Source of the DNA: Candidatus Limnocylindrales bacterium
GTDB taxonomy: Bacteria; Chloroflexota; Limnocylindria; Limnocylindrales; CSP1-4
Direction of reading: 5' to 3'
NCBI GenBank assembly: GCA_035248345.1
Contig: DATFHO010000082.1
Location: 2,410 to 66,409, forward strand
DNA length: 64,000 nt
Program-made: the position numbers and the translations under genes
In this document: positions 20,244-29,691 of the stretch, piece after piece
Numbering within the stretch: the stretch's first letter is position 1
Layout: each line of letters begins with the position of its first letter
The notes under the pieces: model-generated
Told to the model about the DNA's origin: nothing
What the model saw: the letters and a program-made list of their open reading frames with translations, nothing else
Database searches by the model: none

Positions 20244-21742
20244 TGCCGCAGGACATCCTGGTGCTCGGGCCGTTCATCGCCGCGGTCGTCGTCGCGCTGG
20301 CGGTGCTGGTCGTCGACCTTGTGGTGCCCGGCCGGCGCAACCCGGTCATCCTCGTCTCGCTCGTCGGCCTCGCCATCGTGGCGGCCCTCACGATCACGAC
20401 CGGCAGCGCTGTTGCGGGTGGCGATGGGACCGCGCGCGTCACCGCGTTCGGGGGCGCCTACGTCGTCGACGGGCTCACGACGTTCCTGGACCTCATCTTC
20501 ATCGGCATCGTCGCGTTCACGATCGTGTTCGCGCCGGACTACCTCGAGGCGCGCGGCCTGCCCATGGCCGAGTTCTCGATGGTCCTCCTGTTCGCCATGA
20601 CCGGCGCGATGCTCATCGCGGCCTCGGCGGACCTGCTCGTGCTCTTCGTGGCGCTCGAGCTCATGGTGCTGCCGGGCTACATGCTCGCTGGCTACCACAA
20701 GACCGACGGCTACTCGACGGAAGGCGCGATCAAGTACTTCCTCCTCGGCTCGTTCAGCTCGGCGATCTTCCTGTTCGGCCTCGCGTTCACGTGGGGCGCC
20801 ACGGGCACGACGTCGATCGCCGGCGTGAGCGCGGCCCTGCAGGCGATCGCGACCGGCGGTGCCGCCGTCTCGCCCGCGCTCGTGCTCGGCCTCGGATTCC
20901 TGACCACGGGCGTGGCGTTCAAGATCGCCGCGGTCCCGTTCCACTACTGGACGCCGGATGCGTACCAGGGCTCACCGACGCCGGTGACGGGCTACCTGAG
21001 CGTCGGCCCGAAGGTCGGTGCCTTCGCGCTGATCCTGCGCCTGTTCGTGGACGCGCTCGGCCCGCTGCGCGCCGACTGGCTGCAGGTCGTGATCATCCTC
21101 GCCGTCCTCACGATGACCCTCGGCAACCTCGTCGCGCTGACGCAGAACAACGTGAAGCGCATGCTGGCCTACTCATCGATCGCGCACACCGGGTACATGC
21201 TCGTCGGGCTCGCGGCGTTCGCCGCCGGCCAGATCCAGGGGCTGGAAGGCCTGCTCTACTACGGCGCGGCGTACGCGGTGATGAACCTCGGCGCGTTCGC
21301 GGTCGTTGCCGCGATCCAGCGGCGCTCCGGCGTCACGTCCGCGCTCGACACGTTCGCCGGGCTCGCGCGTCGCGAGCCGTGGCTCGCGATCCTCATGACC
21401 CTCTTCCTGCTGTCGTTGACGGGCATCCCGCCCACGGCCGGGTTCTTCGGCAAGGCGTACGTCATCCTCGCCGCCGTGCAGGCCAGCGAGGCCGGCTCGA
21501 CCGCCCTGGGCGTGCTGGCCGTCGTGACCGTGCTGAATGCGGCCGCAGCGGCCTTCTACTACCTCCGGGTCGTCGTGTACATGTTCATGCGCGAGCCGCG
21601 TGCGGACGAGCCGGCGATGGGCCACGGCGCCCTGATGTGGGGCGGCCTCGCGGTCGCCAGCGTCCTCACCGTCGCGCTCGGCCTCATCCCGGGGCCGTTC
21701 CTCGACATCGTCGGCCAGGCCGCCCGCGCGATCGGGGGGTAG
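20243..21742 (+). CDS. nuoN: NADH-quinone oxidoreductase subunit N
   Basis: 499-aa antiporter-like subunit (FKIAAVPFHYWTPDAYQGSPTPVT). Its start overlaps the nuoM stop. Confidence 0.9.
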   Translation: MPQDILVLGPFIAAVVVALAVLVVDLVVPGRRNPVILVSLVGLAIVAALTITTGSAVAGGDGTARVTAFGGAYVVDGLTTFLDLIFIGIVAFTIVFAPDYLEARGLPMAEFSMVLLFAMTGAMLIAASADLLVLFVALELMVLPGYMLAGYHKTDGYSTEGAIKYFLLGSFSSAIFLFGLAFTWGATGTTSIAGVSAALQAIATGGAAVSPALVLGLGFLTTGVAFKIAAVPFHYWTPDAYQGSPTPVTGYLSVGPKVGAFALILRLFVDALGPLRADWLQVVIILAVLTMTLGNLVALTQNNVKRMLAYSSIAHTGYMLVGLAAFAAGQIQGLEGLLYYGAAYAVMNLGAFAVVAAIQRRSGVTSALDTFAGLARREPWLAILMTLFLLSLTGIPPTAGFFGKAYVILAAVQASEAGSTALGVLAVVTVLNAAAAAFYYLRVVVYMFMREPRADEPAMGHGALMWGGLAVASVLTVALGLIPGPFLDIVGQAARAIGG

Positions 21743-21847
21743 CGCCAAACGCCTCGGTTCCGCGATTACCCGCTGCAGCGCCGCCGTGCGAAAGCCGGTT
21801 GGGTGCGTCGACCAAGTGCACCGGACACCGCTGGTACCGTGCCCGAC

Positions 21848-22543
21848 ATGGACACGCGGGGTATCGGCCTGCGCTTTCGCCTGCTCCCCGCCCTGCTGAC
21901 CGCGACTGGCCTGGCGCTGCTCGCCGGCGGGCTCATGTCCTACACGACGGCAGTCGAGCCGGCACCTTCGGCGGTCGCGCTCGCCTCGTATGACCCGCTC
22001 CCGACGATCGCCGGCCCCGTCGTGCTGCCGGACGGCAGCGGCGCGGTCGAGGCGAGCTTCCCGCCGGACCGCGTCGCCACGCGGATCGTGATCCGCCGCC
22101 TCGGGATCGACCTGCCGATCATGCTCCAGACGGACAACTACGGGCTGTACCCGCTGTGCGACGTCGCGCTGTACCAGCCGCTGCTCGGGCAGCCGGGCCA
22201 GGGCCGCGCGACGTACATCTACGCCCACGCCCGTGCCGGCATGTTCCTGCCCCTCCTCACCCGGTCCGAGGCGGGCGACGATGGCGAGAGCATGATCGGC
22301 ATGACCGTCGAGATCTACACGAGCGACAACTGGCTGTTCCTGTACACGATCGCCGATGTCCGGCGGCACACGCTGAACCTCGACGATGCGGTGAACACGA
22401 CGACCGAACGGCTGTGGATGCAGACGTCCGAGGGCACGCACGGCCACGTGCCGAAGCTCCAGGTCGTCGCGAACTTCCTCTCGGCCGAGAAGGTCGATCC
22501 GAGCCGGGCACACCCGCCTGCCCATCCGAGGATCTGCACCTAG
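21848..22543 (+). CDS. Membrane-anchored sortase-fold-like protein; catalytic Cys apparently not conserved
   Basis: N-terminal TM segment. The block order resembles sortases (RIVIRRLGIDLPIM; TYIYAHARAGMFLPL; RLWMQTSEG in the position of the TLxTC motif). This is a low-confidence family call made by eye. Confidence 0.35.
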   Translation: MDTRGIGLRFRLLPALLTATGLALLAGGLMSYTTAVEPAPSAVALASYDPLPTIAGPVVLPDGSGAVEASFPPDRVATRIVIRRLGIDLPIMLQTDNYGLYPLCDVALYQPLLGQPGQGRATYIYAHARAGMFLPLLTRSEAGDDGESMIGMTVEIYTSDNWLFLYTIADVRRHTLNLDDAVNTTTERLWMQTSEGTHGHVPKLQVVANFLSAEKVDPSRAHPPAHPRICT

Positions 22544-22551
22544 GCCTCCGC

Positions 22552-24141
22552 CTACGCCGGCGCGGCTCCCTCCGGTGGCCGCCTGCGCGCCCCGTAGCGC
22601 AGCGCCGGCAGCACCGCGACGGCCATGACGGCAGCAGCGACGAGGAACACGCCGACGAGGATCTGCGCCGCCTCGCCGCTCGCCCACTGCTCGAGGGCAG
22701 CGACGACGAGGCCGTCGTTGAACGGCCGGTCCTGGAGCGTGGCCGGGATGTACGCCTTGTAGGCGTCAGGCGTGGCGGTGACCTCGGCCCAGAGCTGGTC
22801 GATGATCGTCGAGCCGAACGCCGTGAGCGTCGCGAGCCCGATCGCCATCCCGATCTCTCGCGCGACCGTGACGGTGGCCGAGGCGATGCCGTACGCCCGA
22901 TCGCCGAGCGCGGCGACCGCTGCGGCTGACCGCGGCGTCACGGTCAGCCCGAACCCGAGCCCGAACAGCGCCAGCCACAGCGCCACCTCGCCGATCTCCG
23001 TCTCGGGCGTCCACGCGGCCATCCGGATCAGCCCGACGATCGCCGCGGCGAGGCCCGCGACCGTCGTCAAGCGCAACCCCAGTGCGCGGAGGACGAGGCC
23101 GGACGCGAGGGCGCCCACCGCCGTTGCGGCGGCGAGGGAGCCGAGGGCGATCCGTTGCAGGTCCGGACCGCCGTACAGGACGCGGTCGACGAACACCGCG
23201 CCGCCGATGATCGCCGTCGCGAAGCCGTAGCCGGTGAGCAGCGACACGATCGCCGCGGACGAGAAGCCCGGCGCGCGGAACCACGAGGGATCGATGAACG
23301 GGTCCTCGCGCCGCGTCCCGATCCACAGGGCGAGCGCCAGGAACAGCGCCGCGAGTGCACCCAGTGCGGCCGCGAGCACCGGTGAGTCCACCGGCAGCCC
23401 CGGGATCGGCTCGCTGCCTGCGAGCGTGATGCCGACGAGCAGCGCCGCAAGTCCGATGGACACGAACGCGGCCCCCGCGAGGTCGAGGCGCGTCTCGCGC
23501 CGGGGCAGCGACCAGCCCGCGGTGGCGGCCCAGCCGAGGGCGAGCGTCGCCAGCCCGATCGGGACGTTGAGGTAGAAGACGTACCGCCACGGGTCCTCGA
23601 GGGCATCGCGAACCCCGCCCGTGAGCCGCAGCGCGTCGAGCGCGCCGCCGGGGTGGATCGACTGCAGGATCCACGCGCCGGCGAACGGCCCGGCAGCCAT
23701 GCCCAGGAACGTGAGCGCGCCGACGACCCCGAGCGATCGGGCGCGAGCGCCCTCGCCCTGGAACACGTGCGACGCCGCGGCTGTCGCGACCGGCACGAGC
23801 GCGCCGCCGCCCACAGCCTGGAAGAGCCGCGCGGCGATGAGCTCGGCGAGCGTCGTCGAGCGGCCCGCCAGGATGGAGCCGGCGATGAACACGGCGAGCG
23901 CCCACAGGAACACCCGGCGAATGCCGTAACGGTCCGACAGCTGCCCGGCCAGCGGCATGACCACGATCGACACGAGCAGGTAGCCGTTGATGATCCAGGA
24001 CGCCGGTCGGAGCTGGGTCCAGTCCGCGAGGTCGACCACGATCGCCGGCAGCGCGACGGCAGTGATCATGAGCTCGAGCCCGGACAGGAACGCGCCGATG
24101 CTCATGACGGCGAGCAGGACTAGCGCGGTGCCGCGTCCCAT
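22552..24141 (-). CDS. MFS transporter (14-TM drug:H+ antiporter-like)
   Basis: 529-aa polytopic protein with an MFS motif A-like GQLSDRYGIRRV. Confidence 0.8.
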   Translation of the reverse strand: MGRGTALVLLAVMSIGAFLSGLELMITAVALPAIVVDLADWTQLRPASWIINGYLLVSIVVMPLAGQLSDRYGIRRVFLWALAVFIAGSILAGRSTTLAELIAARLFQAVGGGALVPVATAAASHVFQGEGARARSLGVVGALTFLGMAAGPFAGAWILQSIHPGGALDALRLTGGVRDALEDPWRYVFYLNVPIGLATLALGWAATAGWSLPRRETRLDLAGAAFVSIGLAALLVGITLAGSEPIPGLPVDSPVLAAALGALAALFLALALWIGTRREDPFIDPSWFRAPGFSSAAIVSLLTGYGFATAIIGGAVFVDRVLYGGPDLQRIALGSLAAATAVGALASGLVLRALGLRLTTVAGLAAAIVGLIRMAAWTPETEIGEVALWLALFGLGFGLTVTPRSAAAVAALGDRAYGIASATVTVAREIGMAIGLATLTAFGSTIIDQLWAEVTATPDAYKAYIPATLQDRPFNDGLVVAALEQWASGEAAQILVGVFLVAAAVMAVAVLPALRYGARRRPPEGAAPA

Positions 24142-24257
24142 GGCCCGCGAGTGTATGGGCGTGTCGTGGTGCCGTAACTCGCCTGCAACCGGTCGTCGCG
24201 CACGCTGCGGGCCCAGGAGGGCCTACACCCATCGACTCGACGAAGGTCGCCGTCCGC

Positions 24258-25220
24258 ATGGTCGGGGTCGGCAAGCGGTTCAACGGTCACGACGCGGTCA
24301 GCGGTCTGGATCTCGAGATCCCGACCGGTTCGATCGTGGGCGTCATCGGGCCGTCCGGCGCCGGCAAGACGACGACCATCCGGATGATCACCGGGTCGCT
24401 CGCGCCGACGGCCGGCACCGCGGAGGTGCTCGGCGAGCCCCCGGGCCGCCTGAGCCGCGCGACGCGCGAGCGGATGGGCTACCTGCCCCAGAAGTTCAGC
24501 CTGTACCCGGATCTCACGGTTCTCGAGAACGTCGACTTCGCCGCGAGCCTGTACGGACTGCTGTTCGCGCGGCGCTTCCGCCGGCGGCGTGAGGTGCTCG
24601 AGCTCGTCGACCTGTGGTCCGTGCGCGGCCGCCGTGCATCCGCACTGTCCGGCGGCATGCAGCGCCGGCTCGAGCTCGCTGCGGCGCTCGTCCACGAGCC
24701 GGAGCTGCTCGTCCTCGACGAGCCGACTGCCGGCATCGACCCCCTCCTGCGACGCGTGATCTGGGACGAGGTCCACCGCCTTCGAGAGCACGGCGTGACG
24801 TCCGTGGTGACAACCCAGTACGTCACCGAGGCCGAGGAGTGCGACCTCGTCGCGCTGATCTCCGAGGGCCGGCGGGTCGCGTTTGGCACGCCGGAGGAGC
24901 TGCGCCGAAGCGCATTCGGCGGCGACCTCCTCGAGGTCAAGACCGCGAAGGTCTTCGATGTCGCCGCGCTCGAAGGAGCGCCCGGCATCCATGGCGTCCG
25001 GCAGACCGGCCCGCGTGATTTCCGGCTCATCGTCGAGGATGCGGGCGCCGCCACGGCCGACGTGGTCAACACGATGACGAGCGCGGGCGCCGAGGTCGAG
25101 GCGGTCCGCGAGAGCCGCCCGACCTTCGAGGAGGTCTTCGCCACGCTCGTCGAGCAGCACCGTGCCCAGCGCGAAGCCAACCCGGACGGCGAGCCGGCAA
25201 CGGACCAGGAAGCCGCCTGA
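24258..25220 (+). CDS. ABC transporter ATP-binding protein
   Basis: Walker A GPSGAGKTT, signature LSGGMQRRLE, Walker B LLVLDEPT. Confidence 0.9.
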   Translation: MVGVGKRFNGHDAVSGLDLEIPTGSIVGVIGPSGAGKTTTIRMITGSLAPTAGTAEVLGEPPGRLSRATRERMGYLPQKFSLYPDLTVLENVDFAASLYGLLFARRFRRRREVLELVDLWSVRGRRASALSGGMQRRLELAAALVHEPELLVLDEPTAGIDPLLRRVIWDEVHRLREHGVTSVVTTQYVTEAEECDLVALISEGRRVAFGTPEELRRSAFGGDLLEVKTAKVFDVAALEGAPGIHGVRQTGPRDFRLIVEDAGAATADVVNTMTSAGAEVEAVRESRPTFEEVFATLVEQHRAQREANPDGEPATDQEAA

Positions 25221-26410
25221 TGGGCCTGATGAAGGCGCTGGTGCGCATCTTCTCGGTTGCGGGCAAGGAGATCGTCGAGGTCATGCGCCGCCCCGGCGCC
25301 GTCCTCAGCCTGGTGCTCGGGCCGTTCCTGATCCTCGCGATCTTCGGCTTCGGCTATGGCGGCTTCAAGAAGGACCTCGCGACGATCGTCGTCATCGATC
25401 CCTCGTCCTCGCTGCCGCAGGATGCGGCGACCTACCAGGACCTCGGGACGCGCGGCCTGTCGATCCTGGAGGTCACGGGCGACCGTGCCGCCGCCGAGCA
25501 GAAGCTCCGCCTGGGCCAGGCGGACGTCGTCATCGTCGCGCCGACCGACCCCGAGGGCTCGCTCGAGGCCGGCCAGCAGGCCGAGCTGACGGTGATCATC
25601 GACACGACCGACCCGGTGGCGGCGAACTACGCCGCCTTCCTCGCCGACACCATGTCGACCGCGGTCAACCGCGAGATCTACCGCCAGGGCGCCGAGGAAG
25701 GCCAGGCATATGCCATCACGATCGGCGGCAAGGACCTGAGCCAGGTGCCGCCGGATGTGATCGCCTCGCCCACGAAGGCGGTGCTCCAGAACCTGGCACC
25801 GCTTTCGCCGTCGGTCATCGGCTTCTACGGGCCAGCCGCGCTCGCACTCGTCCTGCAGCACCTCGCGGTCACGTTGATCGCCCTGTCGATCGTCCGCGAG
25901 CGCAGCGGCGGCGCGGTCGACCGCTTCCGTTCCTCGCCCCTGCGCGCGACGGAGCTTGTCCTCGGCAAGGTGGCGGCATTCGGGCTGCTCGGCGGCGCGA
26001 TCGCCGCGCTGTCGCTGTGGCTGCTCGTCAGCGTGCTCGGCGTGCCGATGATCGGCGCAGCGAGCAGCGTGGCCCTCGTCGTGATCCTGTTGATCATTGC
26101 GTCCCTTGGGCTGGGCCTGCTGATCTCGGTCGTGTCGGATTCCGAGCGGCAGGCGGTGCAGCTCTCGCTGCTGACCCTGCTCGCGTCGATGTTCTTCAGC
26201 GGGTTCGTGCTGCGGACGGAGGAGTTCTCGACGCCGGTCCAGGTCATGTCGTACTTCCTGCCGGTCACCCACGGCATCTCGCTGCTCCAGGACCAGATGC
26301 TGACCGGCGTGTTCACGACGCCGTGGCAGCTCGTCGCGCTCGGCGCGCTGGGCGCCGCGCTGCTTGCGACGAGCTGGCTCCTCCTTCGCAGGGAGCTCCG
26401 GCCGGCGTGA
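25220..26410 (+). CDS. ABC-2 type transporter permease
   Basis: Large extracytoplasmic loop after TM1 followed by about 5 C-terminal TM segments. Translationally coupled to the ATPase. Confidence 0.8.
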   Translation: MGLMKALVRIFSVAGKEIVEVMRRPGAVLSLVLGPFLILAIFGFGYGGFKKDLATIVVIDPSSSLPQDAATYQDLGTRGLSILEVTGDRAAAEQKLRLGQADVVIVAPTDPEGSLEAGQQAELTVIIDTTDPVAANYAAFLADTMSTAVNREIYRQGAEEGQAYAITIGGKDLSQVPPDVIASPTKAVLQNLAPLSPSVIGFYGPAALALVLQHLAVTLIALSIVRERSGGAVDRFRSSPLRATELVLGKVAAFGLLGGAIAALSLWLLVSVLGVPMIGAASSVALVVILLIIASLGLGLLISVVSDSERQAVQLSLLTLLASMFFSGFVLRTEEFSTPVQVMSYFLPVTHGISLLQDQMLTGVFTTPWQLVALGALGAALLATSWLLLRRELRPA

Positions 26411-27102
26411 CGGCGTGGCCGCGCCGGCGCCTCGGCTCGGCGCTCCTGGGCTTCGGGGCCGTCGGGCTGGCGCTGCTCATCGCGCTTGCGGCGCTGGTGG
26501 CGCTGTCGCTCGACGGCCTTGGACGCGCGGCCACGGACCTTGCGAGCCAGCGCGCGGAGGCCGTCGCGATGCTCGAGCCCGCCGCATCGGCGCTCGACGA
26601 GGCCGCCACGAGCGCGGAGCACGCGGGCGCGAGCCTCAACTCAGCCGGCGGGGCAGCCCGTCAGGCCGCGGATCTCATGAACCAGCTCGCAGGTGCCTTT
26701 GATGGGCTGGCGCAGCTCGGTTCGTTCGACATCCTCGGCGCGCGGCCGTTCGGCGGCCTGACCGGCCAGTTCTCCGGTGTGGCTGCGCAGGCCCGGGATC
26801 TGTCCGCGAGCCTCACCACGACGGCGGTCGCGCTCGACGCGAACGTGACCGACAGCGCGACGGTCGCGAAGGACCTGCGCACGCTCGCCGACCAGCTCGC
26901 GAAGCTTCGCGACTCCGTCGACGACACCGCTGCCGCGCCCGCCTCGGACCCGGCGCGGGCAGGGACGCTCCTCCGCATCGCCATGCTCGTGGTCCTTGCG
27001 CTGCTCGCCTGGCTCGCGGTGCCGGCGATCGCGGCGATCGAGCTCGGCCGCCGCTGGCGACGTGTCCCGGAACCAGGTGCGGAGCGCGATCTCGAGGGTT
27101 GA
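26407..27102 (+). CDS. Membrane-anchored hypothetical protein (Ala-rich helical ectodomain, N- and C-terminal TM)
   Basis: GTG start overlaps the permease stop (GTGA). TM segments sit at both ends. No catalytic motif. Confidence 0.5.
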   Translation: MTAWPRRRLGSALLGFGAVGLALLIALAALVALSLDGLGRAATDLASQRAEAVAMLEPAASALDEAATSAEHAGASLNSAGGAARQAADLMNQLAGAFDGLAQLGSFDILGARPFGGLTGQFSGVAAQARDLSASLTTTAVALDANVTDSATVAKDLRTLADQLAKLRDSVDDTAAAPASDPARAGTLLRIAMLVVLALLAWLAVPAIAAIELGRRWRRVPEPGAERDLEG

Positions 27103-27146
27103 CAGGTCGGGATTATCAACGCATATTGATATAAACCAGCGTTGAT
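27099..27146 (+). promoter_or_regulatory. Putative promoter (TTGACA-N17-CATATT) overlapped by nested inverted repeats (candidate ArsR operator)
   Basis: TTGACA at 27099-27104. TATCAA (27114-27119) pairs with TTGATA (27126-27131). ATCAACGC (27115-27122) pairs with GCGTTGAT (27139-27146). This is an AT-rich island in a GC-rich genome, about 50 bp upstream of the arsR TTG start, which has a GGAG RBS. Confidence 0.55.
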
Positions 27147-27197
27147 CCATCGGCCCGAGGGCCGGGATCCGACACGTTCCCTGATCGGAGTTCCCGC

Positions 27198-27551
27198 TTG
27201 GCACCGTCCCCCGCGCACATCCGCTCGACCATCGCGTCCGTCGTCGACCAGCCCGACGAGCTGCGCGCGCTGCGCATCGTCCACAAGACGCTGGCCGACG
27301 TGAACCGGCTGCGGATCGTCCAGCGCCTGGCGCAGGGCGAGGCAACCGTATCCGAGCTGATCGAGCGGGTCGGGCTCAGCCAGCCGCTGGTGTCGTGGCA
27401 CCTGGGTCGACTCCGCTACGCGGGTCTTGTCTCGACGCGCCGGGTTGGTCGCGAGACGATCTCGAAGCTCATCCCGGAGGCGTTCCGCGCCTTCAACGAG
27501 TACGAGCGCGGCGTCCTCGGCCTCGACCACCGCGAGCAGGCGCCATCGTGA
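27198..27551 (+). CDS. ArsR/SmtB family transcriptional regulator
   Basis: Winged-HTH block LADVNRLRIVQRLAQGEATVSELIERVGLSQPLVSWHLGRLRYAGLV. Confidence 0.85.
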   Translation: MAPSPAHIRSTIASVVDQPDELRALRIVHKTLADVNRLRIVQRLAQGEATVSELIERVGLSQPLVSWHLGRLRYAGLVSTRRVGRETISKLIPEAFRAFNEYERGVLGLDHREQAPS

Positions 27552-28246
27552 CCTCGATCGTCACCCCCGAGGCACGCCAGCGCGTCCGCGGCATCGCGAC
27601 GCCCATTGCGATGTTCCTCGGTCGCCTCGGACTGACCCCGAACGGCCTGACCGTGATCGGCTTCCTGGGGACCTGCGTCGCCGCGTGGGCGGCTGCCAGC
27701 CAGCTCTGGCTGCTCTGTGGCGTGCTCGTCCTCGTCTTCGGGATCTTCGACCTCTTCGACGGGACGCTCGCCCGCGCCACCGGAAAGGTGAGCCGCTTTG
27801 GCGCCTTCCTCGACTCGACGCTCGATCGCGCCGGCGAAGCGATCGTCTACGTCGGGATCGGGATCGGCTGCCTCAACGCGGCATTCGCCGGCGGTGCCGT
27901 CCTCGCGGCCGCCGCGATGGGCGCCGCGTTCATGGTCAGCTACACGCGAGCCAAGTCGGAGAGCCTCGGCTTCACGCCGGGCACGGGCATGGCCAACATC
28001 GGACTCGCGCCGCGCGAGGTCCGGATCGCGATCCTCGTCGTCGGCCTGTTTCTCACCTCGACGGCAGGAGCCTTCGCGAACCCGTGCGTCCCCTCCGCCA
28101 CCGGGACATGCGACATCTTCATGCCCGCCGGATTCGTGTACGGATCGACGTACCTCGGGGGCACGCTTTTCCTCATCTCGATCCTCGCGACGGTCACCGC
28201 GATACAGCGGATGCTCCACGTTCGCGCGCAGGCACGGGAGGACTAG
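27548..28246 (+). CDS. pgsA: CDP-alcohol phosphatidyltransferase (phosphatidylinositol-phosphate synthase-like)
   Basis: CDP-alcohol motif DLFDGTLARATGKVSRFGAFLDSTLDR (DxxDGxxAR...GxxxDxxxD). The assignment to the PIP synthase type rests on context next to ino1/pimA. Confidence 0.8.
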   Translation: MTSIVTPEARQRVRGIATPIAMFLGRLGLTPNGLTVIGFLGTCVAAWAAASQLWLLCGVLVLVFGIFDLFDGTLARATGKVSRFGAFLDSTLDRAGEAIVYVGIGIGCLNAAFAGGAVLAAAAMGAAFMVSYTRAKSESLGFTPGTGMANIGLAPREVRIAILVVGLFLTSTAGAFANPCVPSATGTCDIFMPAGFVYGSTYLGGTLFLISILATVTAIQRMLHVRAQARED

Positions 28247-28298
28247 CCGGCGCGCCCCAGCCCTCGACCAGGAGGGCCTGCCAACCACCCAACCCGAC

Positions 28299-28367
28299 CT
28301 TCGTATGACGTCGACGGTCATGGCCCCGCGGACCCTTCCGCCCGGCCCCGAAATCGGTCATACGAAG
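28299..28367 (+). promoter_or_regulatory. Long-range 11-bp inverted repeat in the ino1 leader (candidate structured 5-prime UTR)
   Basis: CTTCGTATGAC (28299-28309) pairs with GTCATACGAAG (28357-28367). A competing local hairpin is ATGAC-N7-GTCAT (28305-28321). CGGTCAT occurs twice. Confidence 0.35.
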
Positions 28368-28428
28368 CCTCACCGAGCAAGCAACCACCACCAGCGCCAC
28401 ACGACACAGGAGCAAGGAGCACCACCGA

Positions 28429-29691
28429 ATGGCATCGAAGCACGGCAGCAGCAACGGCAACGGCAAGAACGGCCACGCCGAGAACACCTGGGCGGGCGCC
28501 GGGCGCCGGGGCGACGGCAAGATCCGCGTCGCGATCGTGGGCGTCGGCAACTGCGCGAGCAGCCTCGTGCAGGGCCGCTACTACTACGAGAACGCCAATG
28601 ACGACGACTTCGTCCCCGGCCTCATGCACGTCAACCTCGGCGGCTACCACATCAAGGACATCGAGTTCGTGGCGGCCTTCGACGTCGACAAGAACAAGGT
28701 CGGCAAGGACCTCTCCGAGGCGATCTACACGAAGCCGAACAACACGTACGTCTTCCAGCAGGTCCCCCACACGGGCGTGAAGGTCGAGCGGGGCATGACC
28801 CACGACGGCCTCGGCAAGTACCTCAGCCAGATCATCGAGAAGGCCCCTGGCCCGACGGCCGACATCGTCGGGATCCTCAAGGAGCGCGAAGTCGACGTCA
28901 TGGTCTCGTACCTGCCCGTCGGCTCCGAGCAGGCCACGAAGTGGTACGTCGAGCAGGCCCTCCAGGCCGGCGTCGCGTTCGTGAACGCCATCCCGGTGTT
29001 CATCGGCCGCGAGCCGTACTGGCAGCGCCGCTTCGCCGAGGCCGGCCTCCCGGTCATCGGTGACGACATCAAGAGCCAGGTCGGGGCGACGATCAGCCAT
29101 CGCGTGCTGACGCGCCTGTTCATGGATCGCGGCGTCCGCCTCGATCGGACCTACCAGCTCAACTTCGGCGGCAACACGGACTTCCTGAACATGCTCGAGC
29201 GCGAGCGCCTCGAGTCCAAGAAGATCTCGAAGACCAACGCCGTCACGTCGATGCTCGACTACGAGATGGACGCGGACGACGTGCACGTCGGCCCGTCGGA
29301 TCACGTGCCGTGGCTCCTCGACCGCAAGTGGTGCTACATCCGCATGGAGGGCACGACCTACGGTGACGTGCCGCTCAATGCCGAGCTCAAGCTCGAGGTC
29401 TGGGACAGCCCGAACAGCGCCGGCGTCATCACCGACGCCATCCGCTGCCTGAAGCTGGGCCTCGATCGCGGGCTCAAGGGCACCCTCGTGGCTCCGTCGA
29501 GCTACTTCATGAAGAGCCCGCCGCAGCAGATCCACGACGACATCGCGTTCAACCGGGTCGAAGCCTTCATCAAGGGCGAGGACAACGAGACGCTCGTCGG
29601 GACCGAGCCGGCGCCGAAGAAGGCGCTCAAGCGCCTGGCCGGCAAGAAGGCCACCGTCCAGGCGGGCGCAAAGGCGGCGGCCGGCGCGTGA
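28429..29691 (+). CDS. ino1: myo-Inositol-1-phosphate synthase
   Basis: 420 aa with [16 protein letters not shown] (NAD-binding N-terminus) and other typical bacterial/archaeal Ino1 blocks. Confidence 0.88.
   Translation: MASKHGSSNGNGKNGHAENTWAGAGRRGDGKIRVAIVGVGNCASSLVQGRYYYENANDDDFVPGLMHVNLGGYHIKDIEFVAAFDVDKNKVGKDLSEAIYTKPNNTYVFQQVPHTGVKVERGMTHDGLGKYLSQIIEKAPGPTADIVGILKEREVDVMVSYLPVGSEQATKWYVEQALQAGVAFVNAIPVFIGREPYWQRRFAEAGLPVIGDDIKSQVGATISHRVLTRLFMDRGVRLDRTYQLNFGGNTDFLNMLERERLESKKISKTNAVTSMLDYEMDADDVHVGPSDHVPWLLDRKWCYIRMEGTTYGDVPLNAELKLEVWDSPNSAGVITDAIRCLKLGLDRGLKGTLVAPSSYFMKSPPQQIHDDIAFNRVEAFIKGEDNETLVGTEPAPKKALKRLAGKKATVQAGAKAAAGA

Noticed and set aside
27113-27121. TTATCAACG resembling a DnaA box
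   Set aside because: It is an isolated single site 22 kb from dnaA and forms part of the palindromic operator upstream of arsR. The operator interpretation is more parsimonious.
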